From the human T2T-CHM13v2.0 reference genome, Homo sapiens, in assembly GCF_009914755.1 (NCBI RefSeq), contig NC_060940.1: 64,000 nt of DNA. One strand, 5' to 3'. Position 1 is the first letter of the stretch. Every line of letters begins with the position of its first letter. Shown here piece after piece: positions 12,758-31,350 of the stretch. Under the pieces are notes generated by a model. That model did no database searches, was not told where the DNA came from, and worked only from the letters and a program-made list of their open reading frames with translations. Made by a program: the position numbers and the translations under genes.

Positions 12758-12868
12758 TTGAAGGTGGGGTTGGTAGACAGATCCAGGCTCACCAGTCCTG
12801 TGCCACTGGGCTTTTGGCGTTCTGCACAAGGCCTACCCGCAGATGCCATGCCTGCTCCCCCAGCCTAA

Positions 12869-12982
<114 letters not shown>

Positions 12983-14457
12983 TGATCCTCAGCCTTCTTT
13001 CATCCTTGGCCGCGACATGCTCCCAGGCCTGGGGTCAGATGGGGAGTGCTGACTCTGTTTCTGGGCTGTTTTCTGGGGAGAATGGGTCGGCGGGTTTTTT
13101 TCCCCAGGACCTGGGCAGGGTCAATGGTGGGGGCCGCTGTCGCATCCTTGGCTGGTGTTTCCACAGCTGAGAACCACTCCAGGGCCAAGCCCAGAGCTTA
13201 TTCTACCCTTTTTTGTCCTCTCTTCCCCTGTCCTCGGCCACCCCACCCTCTTGGCTCCTCTGCTTAGATGTGGGCACAAGGAGGAGAACTCCTTGGCCTG
13301 AGAGAACTACCTTAGATCCTGGCTTCCAGTGGCCTCTGCAGGGGGGTACACCCTCTCTCCCAAGCAGCCAGACACACAAGTAACCTCATTGCCTCAGTTT
13401 CCCCATCTGACCAGCACAGGGCCCCCTGTGCCCCAGCAGCGTTCTGAGAGATTGGAGCTTTCTCCTTTTGCTTACCTTGGCTACCGTATGAGGACGGATA
13501 CAGAGTGTTCCCCCCACCCCCAGCCCAGGGGATATTTGATTCATGAACATTCCCTCAGTGTCTTTGTGGGGGACAATGCTGTGCCAGGCTCAGGGATGCC
13601 AGGACGAGTAAGACCCAGGCTCCCACGTGGCCCAGGCAGGGAGAGAGACACATAAACAACCATCAGGAAAGAGGTAAAATCCCCAGGCCACTTGGCATCT
13701 GCTCCCTTGAGTGTCTGGGAATGTCCCTGATTTATAAAAAGAAGCTGACGGCCCTCTTTGTTGTCCATGCCTACACCCTTTCACTTTCGTTTCTTCGGGG
13801 CACTGCAGCAGCCCTTGTCCACAGACCCCATGACAATCGCAGAACTGACCATGCTGAGAGATTTTCTTGGCTGCTCAGGGACCCTGCCAGGGCTTGAAGC
13901 TCCTGGAGGGTCACTTGCCCTCAAATTCCCAGAACGCACAGCAGGTCACTGATGATAGCAGTGGCAGCAGTCTGTGCACGGTGGTTTCGAGGGCGTGGGA
14001 GGGAGGTGAGGGCCCTAGGGCAAGTGTGTGTGGGAAGTGTTGATGGGGGACAAGGCACCAGAACGCTCGGAAACAACTTAGTTTGCACCGTAATTTTTCA
14101 CTTCGCCTAGGACAGGACCTTTAGAGCAATATTCTGAGTCTACCCCTTGGAGTAGCAGTGTGCAAAACACACAGCACGGGCTTGGGGCCCCCGTGGGGAA
14201 CCCAAATGTAAGAGTTAGAGACATGCATTCCGGAGTCATACATGGCTCGTGTTGAAATCCTGACTCTGCCTGTCTAGCTGTGACACATCGTACAAATCAC
14301 TTAGCTTCTTGGTGCCTCAGTGTCTTCCTCTGTAGAATGGGTAGATCATAGGCACTACTTCAGAGTGGCTGGGAGGGTTCAGTGAATTCCTGCAGGAGAG
14401 CACTTAGAATGGCACTTGGTGTGTAGTTTATGCTTAATTAATATTAGCCGTTACTGA

Positions 14458-14797
<340 letters not shown>

Positions 14798-15045
14798 GTG
14801 ACCTTGGGAGATCTCTTGCTCCTAATATTACCTCAAGCCTTTTTAAACGTTTTAAGCCGGAGACCAAGCATGGATATGGGAGTTAGGGGTCTTGATTTAA
14901 TTCTTGGTTGCTTCAAACTCTGTGGAACCTTGAGGTGTTTCTTGCCTTCTCTGGGTCTCAATTTTCACATCTATATGGTGGGGAGCTTGGATTGGGTAAT
15001 GTCTGAGGCTAGAACCATGGCCAACTCGGGTTCTGCTGGGGCTGA

Positions 15046-15636
<591 letters not shown>

Positions 15637-15774
15637 TAGTCACCAAGACTGATTTGTCCTCATGAAGTCAGCCTGTGGGGTAACTTGGTCCGTGGGATTT
15701 CCCCTAAAAAGGTAGCCAGGCAGGTAAAATTTGCTCTTGACTCTTGGCAGGAAACATACAACTCTTTCTTTCTT

Positions 15775-16057
15775 CTTTTCTTTTCTTTTTCTCACTCTGT
15801 TACCCTGGCTAGAATGCAGTGGCACAATCATAGCTCACTGTAGCCTTGAATTCCTGCGCTCAAGTGATCTTCTGGCCTTAGAGTAGCTGGGACTACGGCT
15901 GCTGTACCACCATGAACAGCTAATTTTTTTTTTTTCTTTTAGAGATGGGGTGTTGCTATGTTGCCCAGGCTGGTCTCCAGCTCCTGGCTTTAAGCAATCC
16001 TCCCGCCTTGGCCTCCCAAACTGTTGGGATTGCAGGCATGAGCCACTTTGCCTGGCC
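15775..16057 (-). mobile_element. AluJ-like
   Basis: Diverged reverse Alu consensus. Confidence 0.85.
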
Positions 16058-17564
16058 AACAGAACACTTCTGCCGAGAGGAAGTGTGTGGTGGCCAGGAA
16101 CTCAGATTCTGGAGCCAGAATGGTGCAGGCTCAAGGTCAACCCTGTGTGATCTCAGGCTTCCCTATGGAGCCTCTCCAGCCTCAGTCTCCCTTGTTTCAG
16201 TTTCCTCATCTACAAAACAATGTTAATAGTCAAATGGTGCCTATCCTATAAGGCTCTTGGGAGGATTCAGTGAGTTAATTTGAGTAATGCTTAGGATAGT
16301 GTCTATTACCACTGGCTGCTATTTATTATTTCTGTTATGAGTGATACTCTGTACTTGTACACTTTTATTTCTGTCTGTTTTAAATTAACAGCACAACAGA
16401 CCATAACACTGCAGTATATTGAATTTATTTTATAATTAACATAGCATATTATAAACTAATATAGCTTAAATGTTTATGTAGGATTTCTGACATGAAATTG
16501 CATTAGATCATAGATGTTCAGAGTTGGTATATAACAGCCCCTGAGAATGTAGTAACTCAGCAGAGACCAGAAGGTCAGAGAAATGACCACTGAGTATTTT
16601 TGAAACTCTTTTGTTTTCTTCCAAATAGTGATTCTTAGGGCTCCTGAGAGGCAGATGGAACAATCATTAACATTCCACTTTATAAATCGGGAAGTTGAGA
16701 CCAAGGAAAGTAGTTTGAATAAGCTCACAGTAGTTAATGAGGGGGCCAGTGCTGGACCAATTGGCCAGCACTGGTCATTGACTTATTCATCCATCATTCA
16801 TTTATTCAGCCAGAATCTATTAGGTGCTTCATACATATTTGCTTAAAGTTTGTTGTGTTCATAGAGCTTTGCACACGGTAGGTACTCCATAAACATTTGT
16901 TGATGAAATAAGTGAGTTACTGAATGAATGATTGAATTAGAATGACACTGCAGTGTTAAAATGGGCTGGGTTGGGGAACATTTTAGTTTTTGTTTTTGTC
17001 TGTTTTCCAAAAATGTATGTGTTGTTCACATGAGTCTGGATAACCCTAGATTGAGATTGATGACATAAATAAATTTGTCTTCAAGGCTGCACTAAAGCTG
17101 GCTCACATGGCTAGGTATTTACAGAGCAGAAGTGGTGCAGTCCTCTCTGATTAGTTGCACGTACAGAAGACATATTCGTTATTGGACTGACCTTAGTTTC
17201 TCTTATAATTTGTTAGGGGAATTGAATCAGCCCATCTGAGAAGTTACAAGATTGTGTCTTGTCATCTTTAAAAGTTCAGCAATGTGATGTGGTACAGATG
17301 GTCTGAGGGGTTTGGAGAAGGTAGCCTAGATCCCTAGGGCCCAGAGAAGACAGGATGTGAACAGAGGAAGTACATGGATTGGTGAAGAAAAGAAATGGGA
17401 TAACTCATGGGTCAAAGAAGAAATCATGATGGAAATCAGAAAATATTCAGAACCATACAATAATGAGAATATTATTTATCAAAATCTATTGGATGCAGCT
17501 AAAGCAGGACATAGGGGGAAATTTACAACCTTAGGTGCCTAGATTAGGAAAGAAGGAAGGCATT

Positions 17565-17863
17565 TGTTTATTTATTTGTTTATTTATTTATTTGAGATGG
17601 GGGTCTCACTGTGTCACCCAGGCTGCTGGAGTGCAGTAGCACGATCATAAATCACTGAAGTCTTGAACTTCTGGGCTGAAGTGATCCTCCCGCCTCAGCC
17701 TTCCAAGTAGGTGGGACACAGGCTAGCACCACCATACCAGGCTAATTTTTTTTTTGTAGACACAGGGTCTTGCTATGTTGAGGTCTCAAACTCCTGGGCT
17801 CAAGTAATCCTCCTCCCTCGGCTTCCCAAAGTGCTGGGATTACAGGCATGAGCCACTGCGCCC
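17565..17863 (-). mobile_element. AluJ-like with (TTTA)n tail, next to an L1 fragment at about 17395-17560
   Basis: Reverse Alu consensus; L1 ORF2-like peptide WVKEEI...YQNLLDAAKA upstream. Confidence 0.85.
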
Positions 17864-18991
17864 ATCTAAGGCTGAATTTTAATGAGCTAAGAATTCATCT
17901 TAAGAAAGGGCTAAATAGACAGCAAAAGCAAACATTGAAGGTTGGGACTGAGCTGAGTGGGTAGCAGGGATGGGAGACAACAGATCTGAGGAGAGCAGGA
18001 GATTTTGAAAGGATTGCACTGCCTGAGGTTTAAGCCTTTAGAATCCAGCTCTCTCTGAGCTCCCTTTGAGCTCTGACATTCTGTGACTCTGATTTGGTGG
18101 CCTTCCCTTAGTGGCCTTACTGATTTCATTTGGATGGTGCTTGTGGTATATCCAACCAACATGTCTTCCCAAATGGCCTTTTAATTTCCTATAAAGAAGT
18201 AGTTGTCATTGATTGCAGGTTAGGGACAGAAAATGCTGTGGAATGAAACAAAATGCAAGTTAAAGAACTAAATTCCAAAAATACCCATTGCTACTATTGA
18301 CTGAGTGAATTCCTACTGTGTGCCAGACACTGTACCCAGTCCATTCCCTGTATTGTTTTATTTAAGCCTCACAAGGGTGTAGTGTGACTACACTGTTTCT
18401 TAACAATGAAGAAACTGCCCAAATCGCCCATCTGGGAAGCGGCCCAGCTAGAATTTGAATCCAGGCCTGTTTTCCTCCAGAGCTTGTGCTATTCTCTGTC
18501 TGTCATAAAATGTGGGGGCTTTGTGTGGTAAACTTGCTCAGTTGGGCATAGCAGTTGTTAGGAAACCTGAGGCTGGTAACACCAGCTGTAATACCAGCTG
18601 TCCGTCTGACTCATGCAACTGTTAAAGTTGATAGGGCTGAGGTGTCAGACTGAGCTCTGAATTGCCTGATTCCTATAACAATATTAACTTAAACATTTTT
18701 TAAATTGGGAAATGCACCATGCATACAGAAGAGTGTGTATATTTCATATGTATAGTGTAAACTGTTCCCATCACCCAGGTTAAAAAACAGGATGTTGCCA
18801 GTACCTGGGGCCTTCTTTAACTGCAACTGCTAGAGGTAAACACTGGCTTGACTTTTGTGTAAATCATCTCTTTGCCTTTCTTTAATGTTTTAGCATCTTT
18901 TAAAATAAATCCCCAAATAATGTATTGTTCTATTTTGAAAAACTGAGTAGCAAGCCAAAAATAGCTGTGTAAAGAAAGGTCACTTAAATTA

Positions 18992-19339
<348 letters not shown>

Positions 19340-20166
19340 AAGGTTACTATTGCCTTTTCTTAGATGAAGGTTCCCAAGGCAGGGAAAGCTAAGTGGAGTC
19401 TCAGGGACTTGGTCTGGCTTTTCCTTCCCTGGGAATTTATAAGGACCTCTTCTGGGAAGTCAGTCGGCAATGCCATGAATGAGTCTGGGGAAATATTGGG
19501 CTCATTGCAACTGGAGGGTCTGGTAGGACTGATGTGAATTAGGTGCTGTGTCCGGAGGAAAATGGCCAGAGGAAGTGGGCTGCTTTGTACAGTCAGTGGT
19601 AAAGTTGCCAAAGGCTATTATAGCTCACAGGAATGGGCCAAGGCTAAACACTCCTGTGGAGTGAAATGAATGTCCTCAGCTGACTGAGGCAGCGGGAGTT
19701 GAGAAGAAACGATATTAGTTCATGGTGAAGACAAGTCAAATATAGATAAAGGTTAGGGTCAGGCTTGCCTGGACATCTAGGAGATAACTGCCCTCAACTT
19801 GTTTGAATCTTGAGTCACTGCTCCATTTTGTTTGAACTGGTGGCCATCTACTTATAGTATACAGCCATCAACCTGAGATTTCCCTACATGGTCTTCCTGC
19901 CTTGGTCTCCTGTATCCTGAATCCTATGGCCTCTTCTTCCCTGGTTTACTACATTTTGCTAGACCGTATCCTCCAGTCAATTCCTTAGAATGAATGTATG
20001 AAAGTTAAAATTTCTGAGGTCTCACATGTCTTAAAGTTCCCTCATACTGGATTGATAGTTTGGCTGGGTATAAAATTCTGGGCTGGCCATCATTTTCCTT
20101 CAGAATTTTGATTGCATTATTCCATTATCCTCTCTTTTCAATATTGCTTCTAAGAATTCCAAAACC

Positions 20167-20464
<298 letters not shown>

Positions 20465-21421
20465 TAAAACTCTTTCTGGAAGCTTTTAAAATTTTCTTTT
20501 AGTCCCCAGAATTTTAAAATTTCAATTATGTGCCTTGGTGTTCTTCCATTATGTTAGTCACCCAAGAGGTACTTTCAATCTGGAAACTTCTCTATGTTTT
20601 GGGAAATGTTCTTGATTAGTTTACAGGTGATTTCTTCCTCTCCATTTTATCTCTTCTCTTTTCATGAAACTACTATTAATTCAATGTTAGAATTCCTTGA
20701 CTGATCATTTAATTTTCTTCTATTTTCCATCTCTGTGTCTTTTTGCTCTACTTTTCTATGATAGTCACAGCTCTATCTTTAAACTCTTGAGTTTTTCATT
20801 TTTGATGTCATGATTTTAATTTGCAAGAGGTAGGTTTGACTGATTCTTTTTTGTAGTATCTTACTCTTGTTTTATGGATGCAACATCTTCTTTGACTTAA
20901 GGATCATAAGATAGGTGGGTTCTTTGTTTGTTTGTTTGACTGTTTTTCACCCTATGTAAACTTTTTCTACAAGTTTCTTTCCCCTTCCCCCCTTTTTGGC
21001 TTCTATCTCCCACATTAGATGCTTTCTCTGGGCTCATGATACTCTTTGGTTTTCTTTCTCAAGATTGACAGGTAGGACTTTAAAACTTGTTGAGCATGCG
21101 GGTGAAACTTGTCTACCATGAATTTCACTGTAGATATTTTGGAGATTGACAGTGTTTATATCTTTAGATCTCGCCTCCTGGGTTGATCAAGTTATCTGAG
21201 TACACCACAGACCTTTTGCCTGGGGATAAACCAGAAATCTGTTTCAGAAACCACTTTGATTCAGTCTTCCTTGTTTTAGTCATTTCCTTCAGTTCCGGAG
21301 GTCCCTCATGCTGATCATTCCAGAGCCCTTTACAGATCCTAGGGTACACACTGCATGGTTTTCAACTTTCTTGTTTTGGGGTTAAGATTTGGCTTTCAGG
21401 AGTCTCCTCAGTCCGTTACTA

Positions 21422-22170
21422 TTCATTCAATCAGCAAGTCCTTGAGCACCTGATTTGTGCCAGACATTCTTCTAGGTGTTAGGGATACCTCAGTGAACAA
21501 AACAGACAAAAATCTTTGTCTTGGAAATACACACACTCCAGTCAGGGGAGAGGGACAATAAGCCAAAGGAAGGAAATTACAGCGTGTGCTAGAAGGTGAT
21601 AAGTGCTGTAGAAAGTAAGTAAAGTGGGTTTGGGAGTTGAGAGTTTGGGAAGGGGATAAATGATGGCAATTGTAAATAGAGTAGTCAGAGTTCTCACTTA
21701 GAAGGTGAAATTCAAGTAAAGACTTGAAGGAGGACAGGGAATTAGCCACATGGATGGCTAGGGGAAGGCTTCCAAGCTGAGAGGACAGCCAGAGCCAAGG
21801 CCCAGAGGCAGGAGCATACCTGGTAGTTTTAGGAAACAGGAGGCCAGGATGCTGAGTGGAGTAAGAGGGGGCATGAAAGGAGAAACTTGGGTCCACGTGG
21901 TTCTAGACAGGTATTTTTGTCTGTTTTGGGCCCTGAAGGTTACTATTGGACTTGGACTCTTACTCTGAGGAAATAGGGACGCTATTGGGACGTTTGTACA
22001 GGAGCAATGTGACCTGAGTTTTGTTTGTAAAGGATTAGACTCTGGCTGTGGCATTAAGGCTAGGCTGTGGGGGCAGGAACAGAAGCAGGGGGACCAGTTT
22101 TGCAGCCTGTGCAGCTTTCCAGATAAGCAGGGATTGTGGCTTGGAGGAGGATGGTATAGAGGAGGTGACA
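21422..22170. mobile_element. L2 fragment
   Basis: TTCATTCAATCAGCAAGTCCTTGAGCACCTG...TGTGCCAGACATT L2 3' end; boundaries approximate. Confidence 0.65.
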
Positions 22171-22310
22171 AGAAATGACTCTATGTCTGGTATGTAGATA
22201 TTGGCCACAGATGGCATTTGAGCACTAGAGACCTGGCTGGTCCACATGGAGTTTCCATAAGCACATAATACACATCAGATTTCAAAGACTTAATATGAAA
22301 GAAAGAATGA

Positions 22311-22671
<361 letters not shown>

Positions 22672-23488
22672 TAATGTTTTGGCTATTGTGGATTAAATAG
22701 AATATATGATTAAAGTTGATTTCATCTATTTCTTTTAACTTTAAAAAATATGTCTGTTAGAGGATTTGAAATTCCACATGCGGCTTGCATTTGTGACCTG
22801 CATTTCATTTCTGTGGAACAGTGCCCTTTTTGGGACATGCTTTGAAGGTGGAGTCAACAGGATTTGGCAGATTACAGACGAGAGGCTTCAAGGGTGACTC
22901 CAAGACTTAGGGGCAGAGCACCTGGAAGAAAGGGGTTAATATTAGCCAAGATGAGGAAGGCTGTCGGTTTGGCAGGTGCATGGGCAGGTTAGGAGTTTAG
23001 TTTTGAATATGTTGGAGGTGTTTATGAAACTTTTAAGTGGAGATGGAAAATAGGCAGTTGGATGTGCAAGTCCAGGGTTCAGGGAGACAGTTCAGGCTGG
23101 AGATGAAGATGTGGGAGTCTGAGGAGAGATTGTATTCAAATATTCAATCCATGAGACTTGATGAAATCACTTCTCTTCCAAATGCTTTACAGCCTGCAGA
23201 ATCATTTTCCCTATCTTTGTAGGTTTATGTCTTCATTTTGTTTCATTTATTTTTCAGTTATTCACTGTTTTAGTGAGTTTTGAGTAGGAGCCAGATTGGA
23301 TGCATGCGTTCAATTCACCATCCAACACTGTATTAACTACTTGAAACTCATGTGGTTGTTCGGTTGTTTTTTTGACCTTTTATTCTGGATGGAAGAGAGA
23401 TGCTTATGAAGTTGCAGTAATCAGTAAGCCTTCCCACATTGCTCCATCAGCCTTCCTGGAAGAATAATGTCTTCTGCCTTTCCTGTAG

Positions 23489-23674
<186 letters not shown>

Positions 23675-26052
23675 TAACATCCCATATGCTGGCAGTATAG
23701 CCTCCCTATGACTCAATTTCCTTGTTTTAAGGCTAGCACCACCCCGTCTCATTGGGATTTTGGGAGCATTAAAAGGACAAAAGCGTGTAATGTTAGCTAT
23801 TAGCTTTCATTATCTCCCACACAGTATACTGACAATTGGGCTACCATATATTGAGGGCTAACTAAAGGTGTTACTTACCATCCAAACTCTCATTATCTGT
23901 ACCGAAAAGATATGGACACATGTTTTGAGTTAGGGCTGGTATCTCTTGATCTCTGAAATTTAGCAGCTCACAATGGGAAACTCAAGAACCAAGTGGATCT
24001 AGAGACTCTGGTATCCCTCAGTGCCCAGGGTCACCACCCAAACTCAGGAACAGGAGGGGCTTGGACCGCACCACTTGAACATACCAGGCATCCTGCCAGG
24101 TGCTTTATGGACAATGTCTACCCTTTGCAACAACCCTGAGAAGTAGGTGGTGTTTTTTTCCACCTTATAGATGTGGAAACTGGGCAGGGAGGTTAAGTGA
24201 CGAGGGAGGGGAAGATGGGTCTGATTGTAAATTGTCCCCACCTACACTTTCTCTTTTCTTGGGAGAAGAAATGTCAGTTGTAAAGAGAGAGTGCAAGCCT
24301 GGCACTCTTTAGGGCTTGTTCCTACACCACTGTAGGGAAAGCTCATTGGCACTGAAGCCCCCTGAGCTGTGTGTGGTGCTGGCAGATGGGTCTATCACCC
24401 TGGGCTGTGTCCTCTGGGCAGCAAGCAAGCCTGTGGGCGGGGTGGCTGGAAGTCTGTGCCTGGCACTCGCGAGTGCACCGTCTCATTGAAGAACAGGATC
24501 TAAACATCAGTGCGCCACAGCAGGGTGCGCGGCACGGAGTGCAGGCCCTGGTTTGGCCCTTGGTTGAGGTTTGCTGTTGACATCATCAAGCACAGCTAGT
24601 CACTGTAAGACCAGGCCAGGGTGCAAGATTCCCCACACTTCTAAAGGTGACAATTGGTGTGTTTATTTCTCTATAAAATGACATTTTTTTTTTCTGGAGA
24701 ATTTTAGTATCATTGGTGATGACTGGAAAACCTGCATCAGAAATCAGGTCGGAAGAGGAAGATATATATCTGATATGTACTGGAGAGGAAGATATCTATC
24801 TTATGGTCTAAGTTCAGGGATCCTGGTATATTCAGAGGGCAGAAAGCTCAGCAATAATCATCAACTCTGGGAACAGAGGTGACATAAACACAGGGCGTCC
24901 CCTTTGTGTGACTGCAGATAGTCATCAGTGAGCTCAGAGCTCTATGAAAATTACTTGCTAGTTTTTGGGTTGAAAATAGTGGGCCAGTGTTTGGTTGGGG
25001 GCAGTGAGGCTGTGATGGCGGGGGACCATGCCAAGCTCCTACCAGCCTGGGACACTAAACCAGCACTTCCCCATTTCCTGAAAGGGGAACTAAACTCTGA
25101 CACAGGAAATGGTTTGCTTGCATTACTTTCAGGATGAGAAAGGAAGAGCACTGGCCTTCCAAACACACCCCGTGCATGAAAACTCTCCCTGCATGGGGTG
25201 CATGGGGAGGATGGGGAAGTGGAGGCAGGATCACAGACTCTTGTTCGAGTGCTCAGCTGGGGCACCCCGGTGACCCCGAGGCCTTCCCTTGCTAGGTCCA
25301 CCCAGATCAATCAGGATCATCTCCCCATCTCGAAGTTTAACTTTATCACATCTCAGAGTTCCTTTTGCCACGTAAGGTAACATATTCACAGGTTCTGAGA
25401 ATCCGGACATGGACATCTTTGAGGGTCTATTGTTGTGCCTACTATATCCATGAATAATAATGATAATAAGCACCATTTTTTGAGAGTTTGCCATGTCAGA
25501 TATTCTTTTAAACTGTATTTTATCTCGCTGCCTCCTGAAAAAATCCTTCCAGGTGTATATTGTCCCCATTTTTACAGATGAGAGAACTGAGGCCCAGAAA
25601 GGCTAAATGGCTTGCCCAAGTGTATGGTGGACCCAGGTTTTTAAACTCAGGTGTGTCTGGCTTCAGAGACTGGGCTCCTGAGCCCTTAAGCCCTTTGTTC
25701 CCCTTTAGAAAAAGTCACCTGAGGCTGAGTGGTGAAGGGATTTATCCAAAGCCACCCGGCCACTATGGCAGGACAGATATCAGAATACAGGTCTTCCGAT
25801 CCCAGCCCAGAGCCCCTTCCCGTCATCTAGAACTCCTCCTGGTGTCAGTAATGATAACGGCAGTCACTGATGTCTTTTGAGCACTTACTTTGTGTTGAGC
25901 ACTTACACTGTGCTAAGCACTTGACATAGGTCATCTTAGTTGATCCGTGTAAAACTCTGTGAGGTAGTGACCAACATTTCTCCCACCTTACAGAGGTGGA
26001 AACTGAGGGTTAGGAAGTTTCCTTGACTGTCCTCAAAGTGCACAGCTTGTGA

Positions 26053-28007
<1,955 letters not shown>

Positions 28008-29924
28008 GTGAGTGTTACTGGGCATTGCTGTTCAGGTATGGGGGAGCACCATCAAGGCTAAGTGTGGGAGCACCGAGCTGGGCTCTAGAAGTCTGGGCCC
28101 AGCTTCGCCTCTGCCACCCTGCTTTGCAACACTGCCCAGATCCCTTCCCTTCTGGGCCTTAATTTCAATATGTGATGATGACAGCCACACTTTATTGACT
28201 GGCCTATGTGCTGGGTCTGGTGCTATGCTTTCCGGAATGACCTCATCTAATCTCTACAACCACCCTGGGGGGTAGGCAGGAATGTTATTATCTCCATTAT
28301 CCTTGACTTGAGGCTCAGAGAAGTGAAGTAACTTGTCCAGGAAATGGCAGAGCTGGGGTTCACAAATTGCATCATTCTGATTACAGGTTTTCTGCCTCCC
28401 ACCAGTCTATGGATACACTTCAGAGGCTCCCTGAAAACCTTGAGGTCACTTGCAGAAAGTTTTGTGTAGTATGTGTCCGTATCAGGAACAACACCAAATC
28501 AGAGGTGACTTGTGCCCCATCAGAGACTTTAACACCCCAACCAGATGGGAATTTCAGGACCCAAGAAATAGAAAGTGGCTGCAGGGTTACAACTACTGTT
28601 GGATTCCTGAGGTAGCACAGTGTCCAAACAGGATTTCAGCACTACCCGTATTGCTTAGAGCCCCAGCCAAAGATGTGAGGTTTTGCCCTTTGGAGAATCT
28701 GTGCCCCTGAACTCGGGGGCCTCTTTCCACATCTTGGGGGCAGGCAAGGGCAGAGGGTGTGCCTAGGCCTGCGGATCAGCATGCGACAGATTCCCCAACA
28801 TCCTTCCAGCTTGAAAGGGGATTGCCCTGCTTCTATTTAGAACCTATAGGAAAGCAGAAGTTCTAGATTGAAGTTAAAATTGATTCCCAGCCTCCAGGGG
28901 CTTTGGGCTACACCTGGATGACCTTAATTGACCCTAAGCATGGGACAAACCACTTCCTGAGAGTATTAGGATGGTATACATCTTCTCTGGGGGCAAAGCA
29001 ACAAGATTTATTTTTCATCATGGACCAAACACATGGATACCCACTAGAAACTGTGTAGTGAATTTTGTTAACCCTGACATAGGGACCATGGTCTTTAGGT
29101 TAAAGCATAATAACAACATAATACATAACATATATAGCGAATATATATATGTATTATATGCAATGAATGTAAATATGATTATACCCATCATGGTCTTGGA
29201 GGAAACAGATGACACACTTAAAATGGGTGTTTTGAGGAGAGTTTGAAAAACAGATTGTTTACAAGCCATGGGCAGGAGTTAGGAAGAGTGAGAGGGTTGG
29301 TGCAGGGGCCTGGGGTTAGTAACAGCTGGGGGAGGGTAGACTTGAAGGGGGAAGGGGAGGGAGACTAATTAGCTGGGGGGAAGGTATGGAGACGGCTGCC
29401 TGAGCTTCTGCAAAGTGGAAGAATACCGCTTGGCCCTAACTCCTCACCCCAACTCTTGCTCCTGGCCAGCGCCTTCCACCAGCTGGACCCATCAGGGAGG
29501 CCGAGTGGGCTGTCTGCTGGAGTAGTCCCCAGGCATCAGCCTCCCAGGAGCCAGGGACGGGTAGAGAAGGGGGAGAGTGGATCTGGCCAGGCAAATGGAA
29601 AACAGCCAGCACCAAACTCTATTTCCCTAGGAGGGAGGATCATGATACTTTGAGTGGGAATTTGGAAACCTGTCTGTTGGAGCAATTTCCCTGATAGAAA
29701 TAAGAATGTGCATTTTCCTGGGTAGTAGACTCAGTTTTTACCCCAAGAGGCCAGGCATCACTGGCCTGTGTGATCCTCATAGGCCAGTCCATCTCTGGAA
29801 TTCTTGAATGGATCATCCATCCTTGATTAGGGATGTCCCCGTGATTACCAGGGTGTGCAGAAGGGCTCTGGGAAACCTGTGGGTCTGTCTCTGTGTTCAG
29901 AGAAAGGTGAGGGTGGCCTGGTTC

Positions 29925-30100
29925 TAGCTCATGGTGCTCAGACTGTGGTGTGTAAAGGCACTCGTGGCAATGCAGATTCCTGGGCCTGCCTCTAGTGATT
30001 CCCATTCAGTAGGTTTGGGGTGGGGCCCAGGAAATCTATATTTTTCACAGACACCCCTGGTGATTCTGATACAAGTGGTCTCGCCCTGGGAGAACTACTG
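29925..30100. mobile_element. MER5-like hAT-Charlie remnant
   Basis: GCAGATTCCTGGGCC...TCAGTAGGTTTGGGGTGGGGCCCAGGAAATC...GGTGATTCTGA; similar remnants at about 31490-31630 and 35920-36080. Confidence 0.65.
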
Positions 30101-30234
30101 GTCTGCAGCAACCAGCTTGGTTTTCCATTAGCAATTACTGTCCTTGAGCGAGTTTTACTGCTCTTCACCTTACACACACTAAAACTGCCAAGGCCGTAGG
30201 GGAGGGGAAGCAACCATGAGGTTGCTGTGAGTGC

Positions 30235-30236
<2 letters not shown>

Positions 30237-30282
<46 letters not shown>

Positions 30283-30297
30283 AGAGAGAGAGAGAGA
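30237..30297. repeat. Compound (TG)n(GA)n microsatellite
   Basis: About 21 TG followed by about 8 GA. Confidence 0.95.
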
Positions 30298-31056
30298 TTG
30301 AGAAAGAGAGGAAGGGAGGAAGGGGGAGGGCACAGGCTCCTCTCCCACAGTGCCAACCTGCCTCTCTCCCACTTGAAGTGTTTCCATGCCAACTGAAATC
30401 CTCAGCCTCTAGGAAACCCTATATACACAGTGCCCCTATATAGGTTTCTTTAGACTCTGGCTCTCTCAGACTCTAGAGTGATGGCTTTAAAAGTTTTTTG
30501 AATGTTACCCACAATGATTGAGAAAGAGAGAGAGAGAGCACGCACCACCATGTAAACATGGAACCTAAGTTTCACAAAATGACTTCGCTTTATGAACTCT
30601 GAGACACTCTGCTCTCTTCTGTTCTGTTCTATTTCCATTTTAGAAATGCTGCTCAGGACCTTCAAAATGATTTGCATGACCTGCAACCTGCAGTCTGAAA
30701 AATCACTGCACTACAGAAGTGGCCATAAGAGGCCCTGAGGGAGAAGCTGCACAATGTCATGGTTAAGAGTGGGGTTTGGAGCCAAGCCGCCTAGGCTCAA
30801 AGCCTTTATGTGCCGTACAACCTTGGCAAAGTCACTTCGCTTGTCTGTGCCTCAGTTTCTTTCTCACGAATGCTCATAATAATGGTTCCCATTTCACTGG
30901 CTTGTTGTGAGGATGAAATAGTGTTATTATTGAGAAGTGGTAAGGGTAGTGATCAGTGCTAGCGATCATGATTCTAGGTGACTTTTACTGTGTACCGGGT
31001 GCTCACAAGGCTTTATGTGCACAGCCTGGTGAGGCTGATAATACTATTGTTCCCTC

Positions 31057-31350
31057 TTTTTTTTTTTTGAGACGGAGTCTCGTTCTGTTGCCCAGGCTGG
31101 GGGTACAGTGGCACAATCTCGGCTCATGCAAGCTCTGCCTCCCGGGTTCACGCCATTCTCCTGCCTCAGCCTCCCAAGTAGCTGGGACTACAGGCGCCTG
31201 CCACCACGCCTGGCTAATTTTTTTGTATTTTTGGTAGCGACAGGGTTTCACTGTGTTAACCAGGATGGTCTCGATCTCCTGACCTCGTGATCCGCCCGCC
31301 TCGGCCTCCCAAAGTGCTGGGATTACAGGCGTGAGCCACCGTGCCCGGCC
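31057..31350 (-). mobile_element. AluY-like with target-site duplication
   Basis: GGGTTCACGCCATTCTCC and CAGGATGGTCTCGATCTCC; TSD TGTTCCCTCTTTT on both sides. Confidence 0.92.
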